Assembly (NCBI GenBank): GCA_001949185.1 | Contig: BDGG01000010.1 | Span: forward strand, 35,001 to 99,000 | Length of the DNA: 64,000 nucleotides | Reading direction: 5' to 3' | DNA from: Ramazzottius varieornatus | Lineage: Eukaryota; Animalia; Tardigrada | Shown: in pieces, positions 38,485-50,996 of the stretch | How the letters are laid out: the number at the start of each line of letters is the position of its first letter | Position numbering within the stretch: position 1 is the first letter of the stretch | Translations under genes and position numbers: made by a program | Notes under the pieces: model-generated | Database searches by the model: none | Seen by the model: the letters and a program-made list of their open reading frames with translations, nothing else | Told to the model about the DNA's origin: nothing

Positions 38485-41400
38485 TGTCGCGCACCGTAGC
38501 TCCTCCCTCGTCGCGGTTATTGGTGGATCAAGTGTTCGCCCCTCTCGTTCCACCAGTCAGAAAGTCGTGGGTGAAGTTTGACCCGGTGGCTCAAAGTCAA
38601 ACTGAGCGCAAAATACTTGGTTCCGTAAGTGGTAATAAGGATGAGAACTCTATCAGGAAAGAAGTGTTTCCGCTTTCCCAAATATCGATCACCGTAAGTT
38701 GCAAGATAATCGGCTCGGAGGGGACACCAAGTCAAAAGAGGTTTCCTTTCGATAATCAGAGGCGCTTACCTTCTGAGCGATGTTACGCCCTCAACGACTG
38801 ATCAAGCTATATACAGGTCAATTCAAGACTAATATACAATGTAGAAAACCGACATGAAAAGCCCAAGACTGATATTAACACTGCCACAGAATCGATTTAG
38901 GTCACAGCTAGCGAAAAATTACAACTTTTTTCCCTAAAAGCAAACGCCAGCATCGCTGGCAAACATGGGTTCCCAGGATTGGATTTAATTTGTGCCGAAG
39001 AGGTAAGCTGGATATACGTCATCATTTTTTCAACCAATGGGAAGAAAAAAATGGATTCTTCCGGGTGTCTTGATGCAGGTCGATAGTACATGGTTCCTGA
39101 GGTGCAGGAAATAAGAATCGAGCCGATCTGACAGTTGACTAGACTTTAACGACCGGCCAAATTTTGTCAACTGGTGAAGCGTGAAATCCGTTATACTATA
39201 CTGTACTCTCGCGATACACATGGACATACTCAAGGCTGTACTAGTGGAAAGTAACCTCAAGTAAAAAAGTACCGTTTGAATGACGCACTTGATTGCTTGA
39301 AACGATATCTTGACTTTCCCATGTTCAGCCACCTGTTAGGGACCATTTTCGACTTCGAAAAACTGGGTTCTTGAGAAGTTTTGCCTCTGTGCTACTGTAC
39401 GTAATATTACACTATGGGAAGATTCAAGACTCGAGCTGTGTACAGAGTATTGGAGGCTCAGAGAAATCTGCGAGCTCAGGCGGAAAGTGGAATGTCGCTG
39501 CGAGCTTATGCAGACGCGGTGAAGATACCGCGTTCAACGATATCTCTGTGGAGGTAGGACAAAGCTTGAAGCTGTTTGCGTCTTTAACCGTTCATGTTCT
39601 AAATATATATCGTTTCAGAAAAAAATTACCTGAAGGCACTTTTAAAGGACGACGTAAGCCGATGTACGAGCCAACAGAGAAAAGGGTCTATAACGAAGTG
39701 ATCAACAGTAGAAATATTGAACTTCCGGTGCGCGATAGCGACGTTCGATCTTGGGCATCACAGTTCGCCAAGGCATTGAATATCCACGGATTCAAAGCGT
39801 CTTGTGGTTGGATATCGAAGCTAAAGAAGAAGTATTGTTTGATTTATCGAGCAATAACTAAGGTCGGACGAAAAACCACGAAGACTCCCACACACGAAGT
39901 AAGCGGGAGTCTTCGTGTGCGAGAGTCAAACTCCCTCGCTGGTTTTACCGTTTCCTGTAGATCTGTTGAGGCTTATTCTGTCTTTTGTTTGCTCGAATAG
40001 CTTGCCGAACATGTTTTCATGGAGCGAGTGGAAGAAATCGTCACTCTGGAGAAAACCCATCCAAGCCGTATAATCAACTTTGACCAGACTAGTGTCCTCT
40101 TGCAAAACACGTACGGAAAGACTTCATTACTTGTTGGAGTCAAACAAGTCCATGTCGTTCAGCCACCCAGTGAGAAGGAACGATTTACGGTAGGCCTCGC
40201 TGTGACGGGAGACGGACAAAAATTTCCAGCTGCGATAGTTTTCGCAGGTGGAGTGAAGACTTGTCAGCTCTCGCGTAACATTCTAGCGAAGTTAGTGATT
40301 CCTGACAACTTCAACGTCTTTTCTATCCGAACTGCTTGGTGGAACTCTAAGATCGACCAAGACTGGATCGAGCAGTCTTTCGAACAGGACCAACCTGAAC
40401 CGTTATTTCTACTTCGGGATCATTTTCCCGGTCATTTGAAGTTCGAAAGCGCAGAATTGTTGGACGAGAGGAATGTCGATCAGGTTTTCGTACCGAAAGG
40501 GATGACGGGTACCTACCAACCGCTCGACGTTGGCATAAACGCACTCTTCAAAGCCAACCTTAAACGAGCGTATCATGAGTGGCGGAAAGAGCGTACGGAA
40601 GTCACGGCCAAAGGACACTTGCGGAAGCTGACTCGGCAAGACTTTGTTAGCAAAGCTTGGGAAGCAATCAGACCGGAAACGATTGAGAATGCGTTCGTAG
40701 GAGCTCAAATTCTTTCTGAACCGACGTATATGCTTTCGAACAAGGAAGTTTTGGTTGAAAACGACAAACAGCTTCTGCAGTTTAGCTTTAGTTCGGTTGA
40801 AGAAGACAGTAATGCTGAACTAGCGGAAGATTCCTCTTTGGAGTACAGCTTTTCGAATGATTATTGATTGAGTAAAACCGAAAAAGTTCGCCCCCGCCAG
40901 GTGTAGTTTGCCAGCGTACAAGGGTATATGTCCATGTGTATCGCGAGAGTACAGTATGTTCACGGTGCTCTCTCGCGCACTCGTAACGTAATCTCGAGAA
41001 TGTAGGTAGTCGTTACTGAAGGAAAGAGTAAAGCCGCTTGAAGTGAACAAAGCCACACTGAACGCATGGTCAGCTTTGTTCCGGCATGGCAACACCTAAA
41101 CCACTCTCTTTCTTGCACGTAGCTGCGGAAGTGAACTAGCCGGAAGCTGTAAGCGAAAGCAAGATGCAAGTTTAGAAGATTCTGGCAGGTTTACTCGGAA
41201 TTTCACGATGTTTGTATTTAGTCCTGGTTTGCCCGCAATGTCATACCGAGAATTCGAATAACAACTTCTTGTTTTGGAAATTATGTTTTAATTGACTTGT
41301 GAATTTTAATGTGTCTGGATATTAGAGGGACGAAGAATAGTCGTATGTTATCGTCAGACATAATATGGAAATCCGAAACGATAGAATTCTGTAGAGATTT

Positions 41401-42501
41401 GTTAAGAGCTGTTTCCATAATGAAAGCGTGCTTATCAGTGAAAGCATTGCATCGGACTTCTGAAAGTGCTTGCCAATAGCAAACGGACGCGAATTTGATT
41501 GCGTAACTCACGCATCTTGGACAGCAAAATTTGCGTTCGTTTGGCACTAATACCATTACTTTTTTAGTAATGAGTACCTATGCAGTATTTGCTTTGTTCT
41601 GTGAAACCGAACTTGTCATGCTGAAGCGTTCAGCTCGATCTATTGCGTCGGTATTGCGCATTACCGCTTGTCTCGTAACGGGTAACATAAAGATGCGCAG
41701 TGCTGTTGTCGATAAGTTTAATTATTTACACGAAAACAAATCTTATAATACCATGATCATGATTATAAGCACAGAAGGCTCCACTGAGACACTATATCGT
41801 TTGGGGGTAGTCGACCGGTCATCAGAGTGTAGTTAAATGTCGGATCGGCTCGATTCTTTTTTCCTGCACCTCAGGAACCATGTACTATCGACCTGCATCA
41901 AGACACCCGGAAGAATCCATTTTTTTCTTCCCATTGGTTGAAAAAATGATGACGTATATCCAGCTTACCTCTTCGGCACAAATTAAATCCAATCCTGGGA
42001 ACCCATGTTTGCCAGCGATGCTGGCGTTTGCTTTTAGGGAAAAAAGTTGTAATTTTTCGCTAGCTGTGACCGAAATCCTTGCGACCTAAATCGATTCTGT
42101 GGCAGTGTTAATATCAGTCTTGGGCTTTTCATGTCGGTTTTCTACATTGTATATTAGTCTTGAATTGACCTGTATATAGCTTGATCAGTCGTTGAGGGCG
42201 TAACATCGCTCAGAAGGTAAGCGCCTCTGATTATCGAAAGGAAACCTCTTTTGACTTGGTGTCCCCTCCGAGCCGATTATCTTGCAACTTACGGTGATCG
42301 ATATTTGGGAAAGCGGAAACACTTCTTTCCTGATAGAGTTCTCATCCTTATTACCACTTACGGAACCAAGTATTTTGCGCTCAGTTTGACTTTGAGCCAC
42401 CGGGTCAAACTTCACCCACGACTTTCTGACTGGTGGAACGAGAGGGGCGAACACTTGATCCACCAATAACCGCGACGAGGGAGGAGCTACGGTGCGCGAC
42501 A
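38485..42501 (+). mobile_element. pogo/Tigger-like element bounded by ~650-670-bp inverted repeats
   Basis: 38485-~39155 is the reverse complement of ~41812-42501 (near-identical apart from a 15-bp indel at ~42071 and a diverged inner ~35 bp); the arms enclose a transposase gene. Confidence 0.85.
39414..40867 (+). CDS. Intact pogo-family transposase, 428 aa (exons 39414-39553, 39619-39898, 40001-40867)
   Basis: Splicing at GT-AG sites gives one uninterrupted frame: HTH (SGMSLRAYADAVKIPRSTISLW), CENP-B HTH (GFKASCGWISKLKKKY), DDE_1 with NFDQT, LRDHFPGH and YQPLDVG (DD35D). Confidence 0.88.
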
Positions 42502-43664
42502 CGACCCGCGCAACTTCCATTTTCTCGAACCGATTTTTTCCCCAGTCAACCAGCACCGACAAACAAAATCTGACCAAGCCATTTGAAGAACAATGTGTTT
42601 CTGCATCTGTGGATGTTATTTGCAGTGGAATTCACACTTTCGAAACATAGACTGATTCTTAAAACGATAGAGGCAACAACGACCATCACCTGAAATTTTA
42701 ATTTTCAAGAATGTCTCGTTTATCTGACCAGTGGCCTAGTCATACCGCCGCATAGGTAAATGTTTTGGTGTGGCAGAGCAAAACACTACCCCGCTGATTT
42801 GACGAAAATAAAGCCTAGAGTAGGCCTTTAAAGTCATTTTCGGGTCAATTTTGACCCTGTGGTTCCGTAAGTGTTAACGCTAGGAACATCCTCGGGTCGC
42901 GACGGTTGGTGCCTGGTATATCTGCTTTCTAGGTTGTCGCTTCCTACAAATCATCCGGATGTGACAATGTTTTTCACCATGTTCGTGTTTCCAGCTTGCA
43001 CAGCAGGACCCAGATCATACCTTTATTGTACCTAAAATTAGCTGCAGCGCGTGCAGCTACTGTGGAGCTCGATTCCATCTTTTGAACTCCGGTCTTATCC
43101 ATTTTGAAGTGCTTCCTGCATCGTCATTATGGAGGAGTTTCGGATAAACGTGTCTGATTATGAAACTCCTAGCGCTGTGGTCCATATCGGGATTATCACA
43201 CTTGGGTTGCTTTACGCCGCGGAAATGGGGAGTCTCTACTATATTACTCCAGCTTACAACAGTGCTTTGGACGACATCAAACAGACGTACCCTAGGCTTA
43301 GAGTCTCGCAACATTTTGTAGCAGATCCCGCCTTCAGACTGTGCGGTGACCTCATGCCGGACAGCGATAACTTGCTCGCCCGGTTCTACTACGGCAGAGA
43401 ACCAAAATGGCGTAGAGCAAACTTCGCCGTATTCTTGTCAAACGAAGCAGGTACGTGATCATCCTCTTGTATGCGAAACCTGCTTTGAAGGGCCCGCTCA
43501 GCCTTATCGACCTAATCGACTTTATCGCACTGCTAAATCATTGTGTAGACTTCGACGGCCATGGTAGCGCATACCTAGCCACTGGACTCGGGAAACTTGC
43601 GCTTAGGTAACGTAGCCAGAAAACTGGGTTTGAGCCATGTAGTCCCCAAATATGTCCACTGTGA

Positions 43665-43813
43665 TACTGTGAATATTCGCTGCGTCCGCGCAGTACGTAC
43701 ACGTACGTGACGATGCACCCCCGTAGGGAGTTGCGCAGTCCGTGAAACCGCACCGAGGCTGTACTTCACTTGTACGATGACGTACTCCGCGGACGCAGCG
43801 AATATCTACAGTA
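43665..43813. mobile_element. 149-bp Tc1/mariner-type MITE in an intron
   Basis: 34-bp imperfect inverted ends TA-CTGTGAATATTCGCTGCGTCCGCG... / ...CGCGGACGCAGCGAATATCTACAG-TA. Confidence 0.75.
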
Positions 43814-44153
43814 CATGTGCATGGCTGTCCTGTCCCTGCAGTACCTCTACAACGACGGATCTAGCGAACAAAGCAAAGTGGCCCACGAGGATCGACGCGG
43901 GACCGGTTAACGCAGGCACAGTTGTGATGTATTCACGTGTGCTGTTGGGGATCCTGCAATATTTCAACTGGACGTCCATTGTCATAATCTGCGAAGCTGT
44001 CCGTAACCCGGCATTTTGTCAAGCTGCTGAAGTCGTAAAGAGAGTAATCAACCGGTTCTCAAACATCGTCGTTACCGTGGTCTCCGTCGATGGATTTTCA
44101 CCCGACACAAACTTCACCTCGTTGTTACTGGATGCCAGCAAACGGGCCCAAAG

Positions 44154-44311
44154 TACATGCGCCTGCTCTAACTGTGGACATGGACAAAACTGTGGGCCAC
44201 GGAGCGAAATTGCCACGGGCCAGTTGAAACTGACCAATCAGTTAAATCAATCGAAGCATCGCCCTTTTCGCTCCGCCGCCCACATGTCCACAGTTAGGGC
44301 AGGCGCGCATA
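44154..44311. mobile_element. 158-bp MITE at an intron 5' end
   Basis: TACATGCGCCTGCTCTAACTGTGGACATG pairs with CATGTCCACAGTTAGGGCAGGCGCGCATA; TA at both ends. Confidence 0.7.
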
Positions 44312-45330
44312 CAAGACTCGATTTTTTAGACCGCTATAGACGCTCTCGATGTTGACTCCCCAATGTTTGCAGTTTATCATCAAATGCTGTTCGGACAAAC
44401 ACTGAGGAAAATAATGGTGGGTCTCATAGATAACACAATAAGAAACTATCGCTGCTACCGAAGACCCACTGTCTAGCGCTCCCTGTGCTAAAGGTATGTG
44501 CAAATTTCTCGACAGCTAACAGCAAGAGTTCTCAATATGACTCGTGGAGAGCATGTAAGGAGCTTCGCACCTTTATCATTGCCTTCATCGTACTGGAGGA
44601 GAACGTAGCTGAATAATGTATCTGGCTCCTAGGTGTTCCTGGTGTACCGAGGTATGCGCAACCCGATTCTTGGAAGCTACGATTGGAAGTATGGCGATGC
44701 ATACGACAATGTACGCCCCAATAATCTCCAGAAGGGAAAGATTTCAAACTGGCCGTATGTATACTGAACATTTCGACCTCCGTTGTAGGATGCAGAAGAA
44801 GCTTTCGGCTCGCTTTTCATTCTGGAAAGCAACAAAAGCGGGGAGTTTCCACCTGCGGGTTCCGATTTGTACTTGCTCAAAAAAAATGGCGGCTGGCATC
44901 CCTTGCTGAATACAATTTGACATACTCCCGGTTCACTGAGGTAAGAGTGGTGTATGAGATCTACTATCACCTGGCAGAGTTTGTATTTGAATCAGCTGAT
45001 ATCTCCAAATTTCGCAGAATTCTCACCCGGGTACGGCATATTCCATGCTCATGATGGTGGCGGAAGTATGGTCAAGTCGAAAAATTGTGTCTCAATCTTG
45101 GCGTTGTTCGCACCGATATTTTTATTCCCAGATCATCAACGAGTTCTGCAGCAAACCTATGCACTTGAGTGCGTGTCCGGATAATGGCCAATGTCTGGCG
45201 AAAACGTTTTACAGCCGAACTTTCGTATTGCGAACCGGGAACTACACGTTCGATCAGTATGGGTTTTTGAACGTTCCAAACTATCAACTAGAACAATACC
45301 GCGACACCGAGTTAATTGTACGCATCCAGT

Positions 45331-46121
45331 CAGTGTTGTTCCGATTATTGTAATTCGTAATTGAAAATGGCCCAATTTGACGGTTTCGGAATTCCGATAC
45401 AACAACTCATTACAAATTCTGGGCTGATTATTTTGATATTAATCGAAATTGAATCGGAATTCCAGGAACTCGATGATATTCTAAGGCATAATGGAAATCC
45501 AAGATATGTTGGTAATCCGAATAATAATCACGGAAAAGCACGCAAAGTGCACGTAGATATCCCGACTTTCCGCCTTGTGAAGCACCGTCAATGCTTGATG
45601 GAGGGACTGATAGTGCGCTGGTGCATGCCACACAGCCGTGCAAGATTAGAATGCGTGCTGCTGCTTTGCGAAGGAGCTGCTGTTCGTCCTTGTACGCGCG
45701 ACCAGCACCCGGGGGGCCTTGCCATGGTTCTGTTTCTCAACTGGGATTCAAGTTCACGCTTATGCGACTTACGGCGGCTCCTTCATAAAGCACAACAGTC
45801 CGTACTGACGGCAGCCATCGGTACTGGATACCTCGAGAACGACGTATTCTTAGGCAAAATAGCTGAGGGTCATTCTAGACGCTTACCCATTCTACGTGTG
45901 GTACCGAACAGAAATGCCAGTTTTACGGAGACTGAATTCACAAAACACTATTGCAGTAATTCGGATAATTACAATTGTTGTCGGAAGTCCTATTTGAATT
46001 AATCGTAATTGGTAATTCAGCCAGAACGAGGCACCTGCAATTTGCAATTGCTGCTGCGTCAGGGATTCCGATTAATCGTAATTGTAATTCAACTTGAAAA
46101 TGTCATATCGGAACAAGACTG
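45331..46121. mobile_element. Non-autonomous hAT-like element in an intron
   Basis: TIRs CAGTGTTGTTCCGAT / ATCGGAACAAGACTG (14/15); degenerate 8-bp TSD CATCCAGT/AATTCAGT; GTAATT subterminal repeats. Confidence 0.65.
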
Positions 46122-46310
46122 AATTCAGTTCTCACGACCGGAACGAATCCATTAAATTGAAAATATGACCCATTCTTCTATTCCCTAGATAAATGGTGAT
46201 TATTACCGCGCCAGTTTTAAGGATTTCCGAGTCAGAGCCGGTTTCATGGCCTGGTGGAGCTACATGGCCGGTGCCCGGCATCCCGAAGTGCGGCTTCGAC
46301 GGACTGAGCT

Positions 46311-46983
46311 CAGTGATGTTCTAATATAGTAATATTATATTAAAGTAGATGATAGTAGATGTTTTGAGCATCTACTATATTTAGTAATATTTAGTAAACA
46401 GAATTGGGCACCGCATTTCAATATTTATATTTTAGTAGCTTGAAACCGGAAGTGCCATATTTTATTATTATTAAGTTGTCCATCATCCATAGTAAAATAA
46501 ACTTTAATACGGGTTAACGCTACCGCTGATTCGAAAAACTGGTTGATTTGCTGAGTTCTAATGCGCGTGCGTTGGTTTCTCGATGTGCGACCACGCCTTA
46601 TAAAGTGCGCCACACCATAATGATGCCTCTACAGCAGTACAGTAAGGCTACTGCAGAATAGATACCCTTGAACATCGTGCACCTGCATACAGTCTGACAC
46701 TTCAATCGGCCATGTTACAGTGTGCAGGTGTAGGGTGCAGGCTGTACTACAGTATTTTTGCTGATCTGATGGTTGTGATTCTGAATCTTTAGATCTTCCG
46801 TCGAGCTCTCCGATATTAATATTTATTTTAATAACAAACCCCCGAAAGTTCTACTATAGTAATATTTTATTAAATCAGGTAGACGTTTTACTATAGTGGT
46901 GGTCACTTATTAGAACTTTGATGGACGGCGGATATTTGTCTTTATTATATTAGATCTCATTAACCCATATTAGAACATCACTA
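46311..46983. mobile_element. AT-rich non-autonomous hAT-like element inserted into a coding exon
   Basis: 17-bp TIRs CAGTGATGTTCTAATAT / ATATTAGAACATCACTA; splits CGFDGL from TICPP...TM; TSD degenerate (5/8). Confidence 0.7.
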
Positions 46984-48166
46984 TCTGAAATACTATCTGT
47001 CCACCCACAGAATTCTCGTGGAGGACTGGCTGGGCTGCAGGGAGTTCCGTCGTACTCATCACGCTTGCTGGTATCACCTGTGTCTTTTGGAAGCTAAGGT
47101 CAGGCCTTGGACAACTTGCAGGTACCATTGTAACTGTATGTGCGCAATAACCTATCTGTACTTCTGCAGACAACGTGATGGAAGCGATGCGACGTGGTGG
47201 GTCCTCAAGCCTCTCTATATCACCTGATCTTTGTGGTTTGAACTGCCGAACTCTGTAGGTTGATCTCTTGAATATTAAATAGACAGCGCAGAACCGCAAC
47301 AAAACACACTAGTGCAGGATTATCGAAAAGAGATACACTGGTTTGAAGTCTCATTAGACTGCTCTGCCTCTTTTTTTATTGGAAAAATAGCAGCGGTCCG
47401 TCGCGCAGTTTACGCCTGAGGAAACTCTGTGGCGAAGGAGGAAAATTTTCATTTCCCTGTGACCACCGGAAGTAGCAGCAGAACACCATCATGAGGCTGA
47501 AACAAGATAAGCTTGTTTCGTAGCCGACAGACCACTGGGCCATCAGATAAGCGCGCGGTTTGTCCGTACTTCGCATTCTCCAGTTGTGTCATGTCGCGGA
47601 TCTCCAGGCTCTAGAGGCTCTAGGATTCTGTCGGGTTGCCAGTGAAGGTACGAACGTGTCAACGTAAAGCTGAGCTTGGGCATGGGGCCGTAGGCCAAAA
47701 AGATGCACAATTTTGCCAAGCTTTTCGGACTTTCAATTACAGCTCACCTTCTCGGCTTAGCTACTTCGTACACGTATTTTTCATTGCACCATCGACATCA
47801 ACGATGTACAGGTTCTTCATGATGTCTGCGAAGCAGTCGCTGACTTATTGAGCCAGTTGAGGAGACCGGAGGGCTTCATTCCAGGTTTCGAACAAAATGA
47901 AAACGGAGGACAGCTCAGCTGCTTCGTATCTCAGTTTCCCGAGCGGCAGTCGAGCTTCGAATTCCTCACCATCGGGTAAATATGGGGTAACTTACCTGTG
48001 GGGAGCTGCAACCGAACTTCGGCGAAAGTATTGACTCGGTTTCTGCCTAACTCTGGACCGCATTCCAGCTCTGTAAGACGACACTCGCGAGAAACCTGTC
48101 CGAAGTTAAGCCATCATGCAGATCGATATAATTCTAACTGAGGTTGTGCTTTATCAAGCGCTCAGT

Positions 48167-48547
48167 CTGAGGGTATTTACCTCTAACCCTCCCAGGAAAG
48201 TCGGGAATAAAATTTAATTTCGTGCAACATCGAAAAAACAGTTCCATTCTACTCAACTCGACACACTCTTCCGAATGAGCCATACATGTTCAGGGACGAA
48301 AATGCTCCTGAAGCGAAATATCGCACATCACGTGACCAAAACATGCAAATTCAAGACGTCATTGAAAACATGTACATGGCTCCTAGGTAACTTTTTACGG
48401 CTAATCCGATGCCCATACTTCCAAGCCAGTCAGAGCATCCGATCACGTGACAATAACATGATTCAGTTTTACGATTCAGTTCTTCTCGTTTCTACCTCGC
48501 GCATCATGGTTAGGCTCTTCTAGAGGGTTAGAGGTCAGATACCCCAG
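48167..48547. mobile_element. Possible MITE
   Basis: CTGAGGGTATTTACCTCTAACCCTC pairs imperfectly with GAGGGTTAGAGGTCAGATACCCCAG. Confidence 0.45.
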
Positions 48548-50272
48548 CCTGCTGTGATAGCTCTTTAGTTCCGCTCGTCGAGCAAGGGAACGTTCTCAGT
48601 AGCGCGCCAGGGACCGAAAATTGCGGTAGCCGGAGCATATGGCCACGGAAGTCCAGAAGAAATTCCGATGGCCCGAAAGGTCTCCCCTCAGGGGCTCAAG
48701 GGTGACCATTCTGAACCTTCCAAAAACCCAGGGGAAAACTCGTTTCCACGGTGGGGACCTTCACTAGTCACCGCTCTTTCATAGGGGGCAGATCATTCCG
48801 CGTTTTCATATGAGAAACGACAAGTTCCGATAAGACGCGTAAAACCTTTTAAAAGAACTAACACGAGAAAGTCAGATCTAGACAAGACAGCCATGGAAGA
48901 CCACTAAGTCTCCCTTCTGGCGGAAAACCGAGCGAGCTATATGGCGTCCAGCAGACCATCCTCGCTGGCGTCCGAGACTTTGGCCTTTTTTGGGCGAAGG
49001 GGTGTGGACTGGCGGGCCTTCCTTCGCCAGTACAGGGCCAAGGCGAGCAGCCGTAAACTAACGAGGTATGCCACAAGCATGCCCCACAAGTAAGGGTCGT
49101 CCATCAGTCCCTTTGGTGGGGCGGTCGTCGTGGTGGACATCGCTGTGGATGGGTGGGAGCAGACGTGGTGGAAGTGGTCTCGGTAGTCGTGCCGACGTCC
49201 GTCGTCCAGTTTCGATACTGCCTAGCAAGCTTGATGTAATTCACTGCAAAGTAAAAAGTATAAGGACGGCGGACGTCGGCACGGCTACCGACGGAACACC
49301 AAACACCACTTCATCACACAGCGATGTCCACCACAAAACGACCACTCACCGCGACGTTCGTAGGACTCAGCCAGTGGGCCATAGCTTCGGCGAGGGACCC
49401 TGTAGTCCATCCTAGTGGGAAGGGAAAGGTAAAGAAGGGAAGAGGAAGTGTCGAGGAAGAGAAATGCGGCGGGAGGCTGCAGGAATCACGGTTTGGATTA
49501 GGTTCGGATAAATTTTGAACAGTGCGCATTGCATTGTGGTGCGCATGCGCACTTTCATGTGCGATGCACACTGCGAAAATTTAATCGAATTTGGTCTCAA
49601 ATGATGGCTCTGGGAGGCTCCTTTCGCAGAAAAATACCGCACGAGGTGGACGGGATGCAGCGATGGTTTTACGGTATGAAGATATTCAATCCGACTTCAG
49701 CGTTCACCGCCTGATTGCTCGTTGGTTTATACGATATGGTTTACTAACTGATCTATCTACAGACTCGATGAGGCTGGCCCTAGTACTAATAGACGTTAAG
49801 ACAGATCATAATTCCGAAATCACAATTGTCGTTGTGTTACAGATTGAGAATAACGTAACTACAATCGTCCAGTTCACACCAGAAAATCGATGAAATATGT
49901 TCTTTGGGAGGGAGCTAGGTCGACGCAACGTTGAACAGTTTATTTGACGTACTAAGGTAGACACCATATATCCTTCAGACCTAATACCGGTAGTGACCGC
50001 CCACTTTTCGTTTTGACGTCATCGCGGTGCTGGTGACGTCACCGTTGAAAATTTTGCTTTTTCAACGCAAATCTATGCAGAACGCGAATCGCCACTTTTT
50101 TCGAAAAGATAAAAGGATCGCTTTTGGAATAACTTTGTAATGTGTTCAGAGAAGGATATACCATTTATTACTGTCCTTAGAAGGATGACTCTTGATAAAA
50201 TTCGGAAAACTGCAGAAGTGCCTTTTGTATTTATATAGGAAGCACATGAGTCTCAGAGTGGTGTTAATGTGA

Positions 50273-50996
50273 TCAGTTAACAGATGGCGGCGGACAGGTA
50301 AAATTGACCGCTACCACAAACCAGTGTTCTCCTCGTTCATTTGATGTTGCTGTGTTCAAAACAAAATACAATGTTCGACTGGTTCCAACAAGAAGACATG
50401 CCTGTTTGAACAGGGCACCGTTCACGAAATCGAAGTAACTCTTGAAATAAAAGTTCGCATTTATGGCAGACTCCGTCATCATCAGTCGAAGTCTGAGCAG
50501 ATCCCTGACTTCGGAGGTCCACAGCCATGTGTTGTTTGTCTCTTTTATGTTACCAAGTTTCTTGGTTTGACTGGTTCGCGCGGTGCTTGTAGCTCTTTCC
50601 AGTTCGGACTGCGTCAACTGGAGTCTCCATGCAGTGTACAGCTGTGCCGCCACGTCAACCGCGATACAGCCGCATGAACAAAAATTTGGCGGCGTTCGCT
50701 GCAGCTGCCTTCTTACTGTGACGCCAGTTCGTTCCATCCAGTCAGCGAGCAGCCCAACGTTGGGACTCCCTCCCCAAAAGTCGACAATCACAGCTTCGGC
50801 GCTCATAGCTGGCTGCTGTGGAGGAACTGACAGTACTGGTTGAATAGAGGGACACCGTTCCTCCAAATTGCCGATCTTGAATCTCAGTGTTCCTCTGACT
50901 GGTAGTTCCTGTGGGACATATACTGCTTTATCCTCAGTCGGCTCCTCCTCGTCGTCGTCTTGCTCCGGTTCTTGGTCGTCTCGAGCTGGCTGCTGA
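50273..50996 (-). CDS. Exon encoding an acidic linker plus a Ulp1/adenain-like cysteine protease domain with permuted motif order
   Basis: Open frame from an AG acceptor at ~50996: DDDEEE linker, VIVDFWG, QLQRTPPNFCSCGCIAV, WLWTSEV, YFVLNT...GEHWFVVAV, stop at 50273. Confidence 0.6.

Larger units (their letters stand above)
43129..47227 (+). pseudogene. Natriuretic-peptide-receptor-like (ANF ligand-binding ectodomain, TM, short tail) gene interrupted by MITEs
   Basis: SLYYITPAYNSALDDIKQTYP, C...DNLLARFYY, DLANKAKWPT, LLGILQYFNWTSIVIICE, RTFVLRTGNYTFDQYG, WPVPGIPKCGFDG, then after an insertion TICPP...GWAAGSSVVLITLAGITCVFWKLR (TM) and tail DATWWVLKPLYIT*. No cyclase domain seen. Confidence 0.72.

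Noticed and set aside
38517-39091. Duplicated ORFs (MTWCPLRADY..., MYYRPASRH...) also present at 41880-42577
   Set aside because: They are incidental frames within the inverted repeat arms; no domain recognised.
45361-46002. 213-aa ORF
   Set aside because: Lies wholly inside a non-autonomous element, has a non-ATG start and no recognisable motifs.
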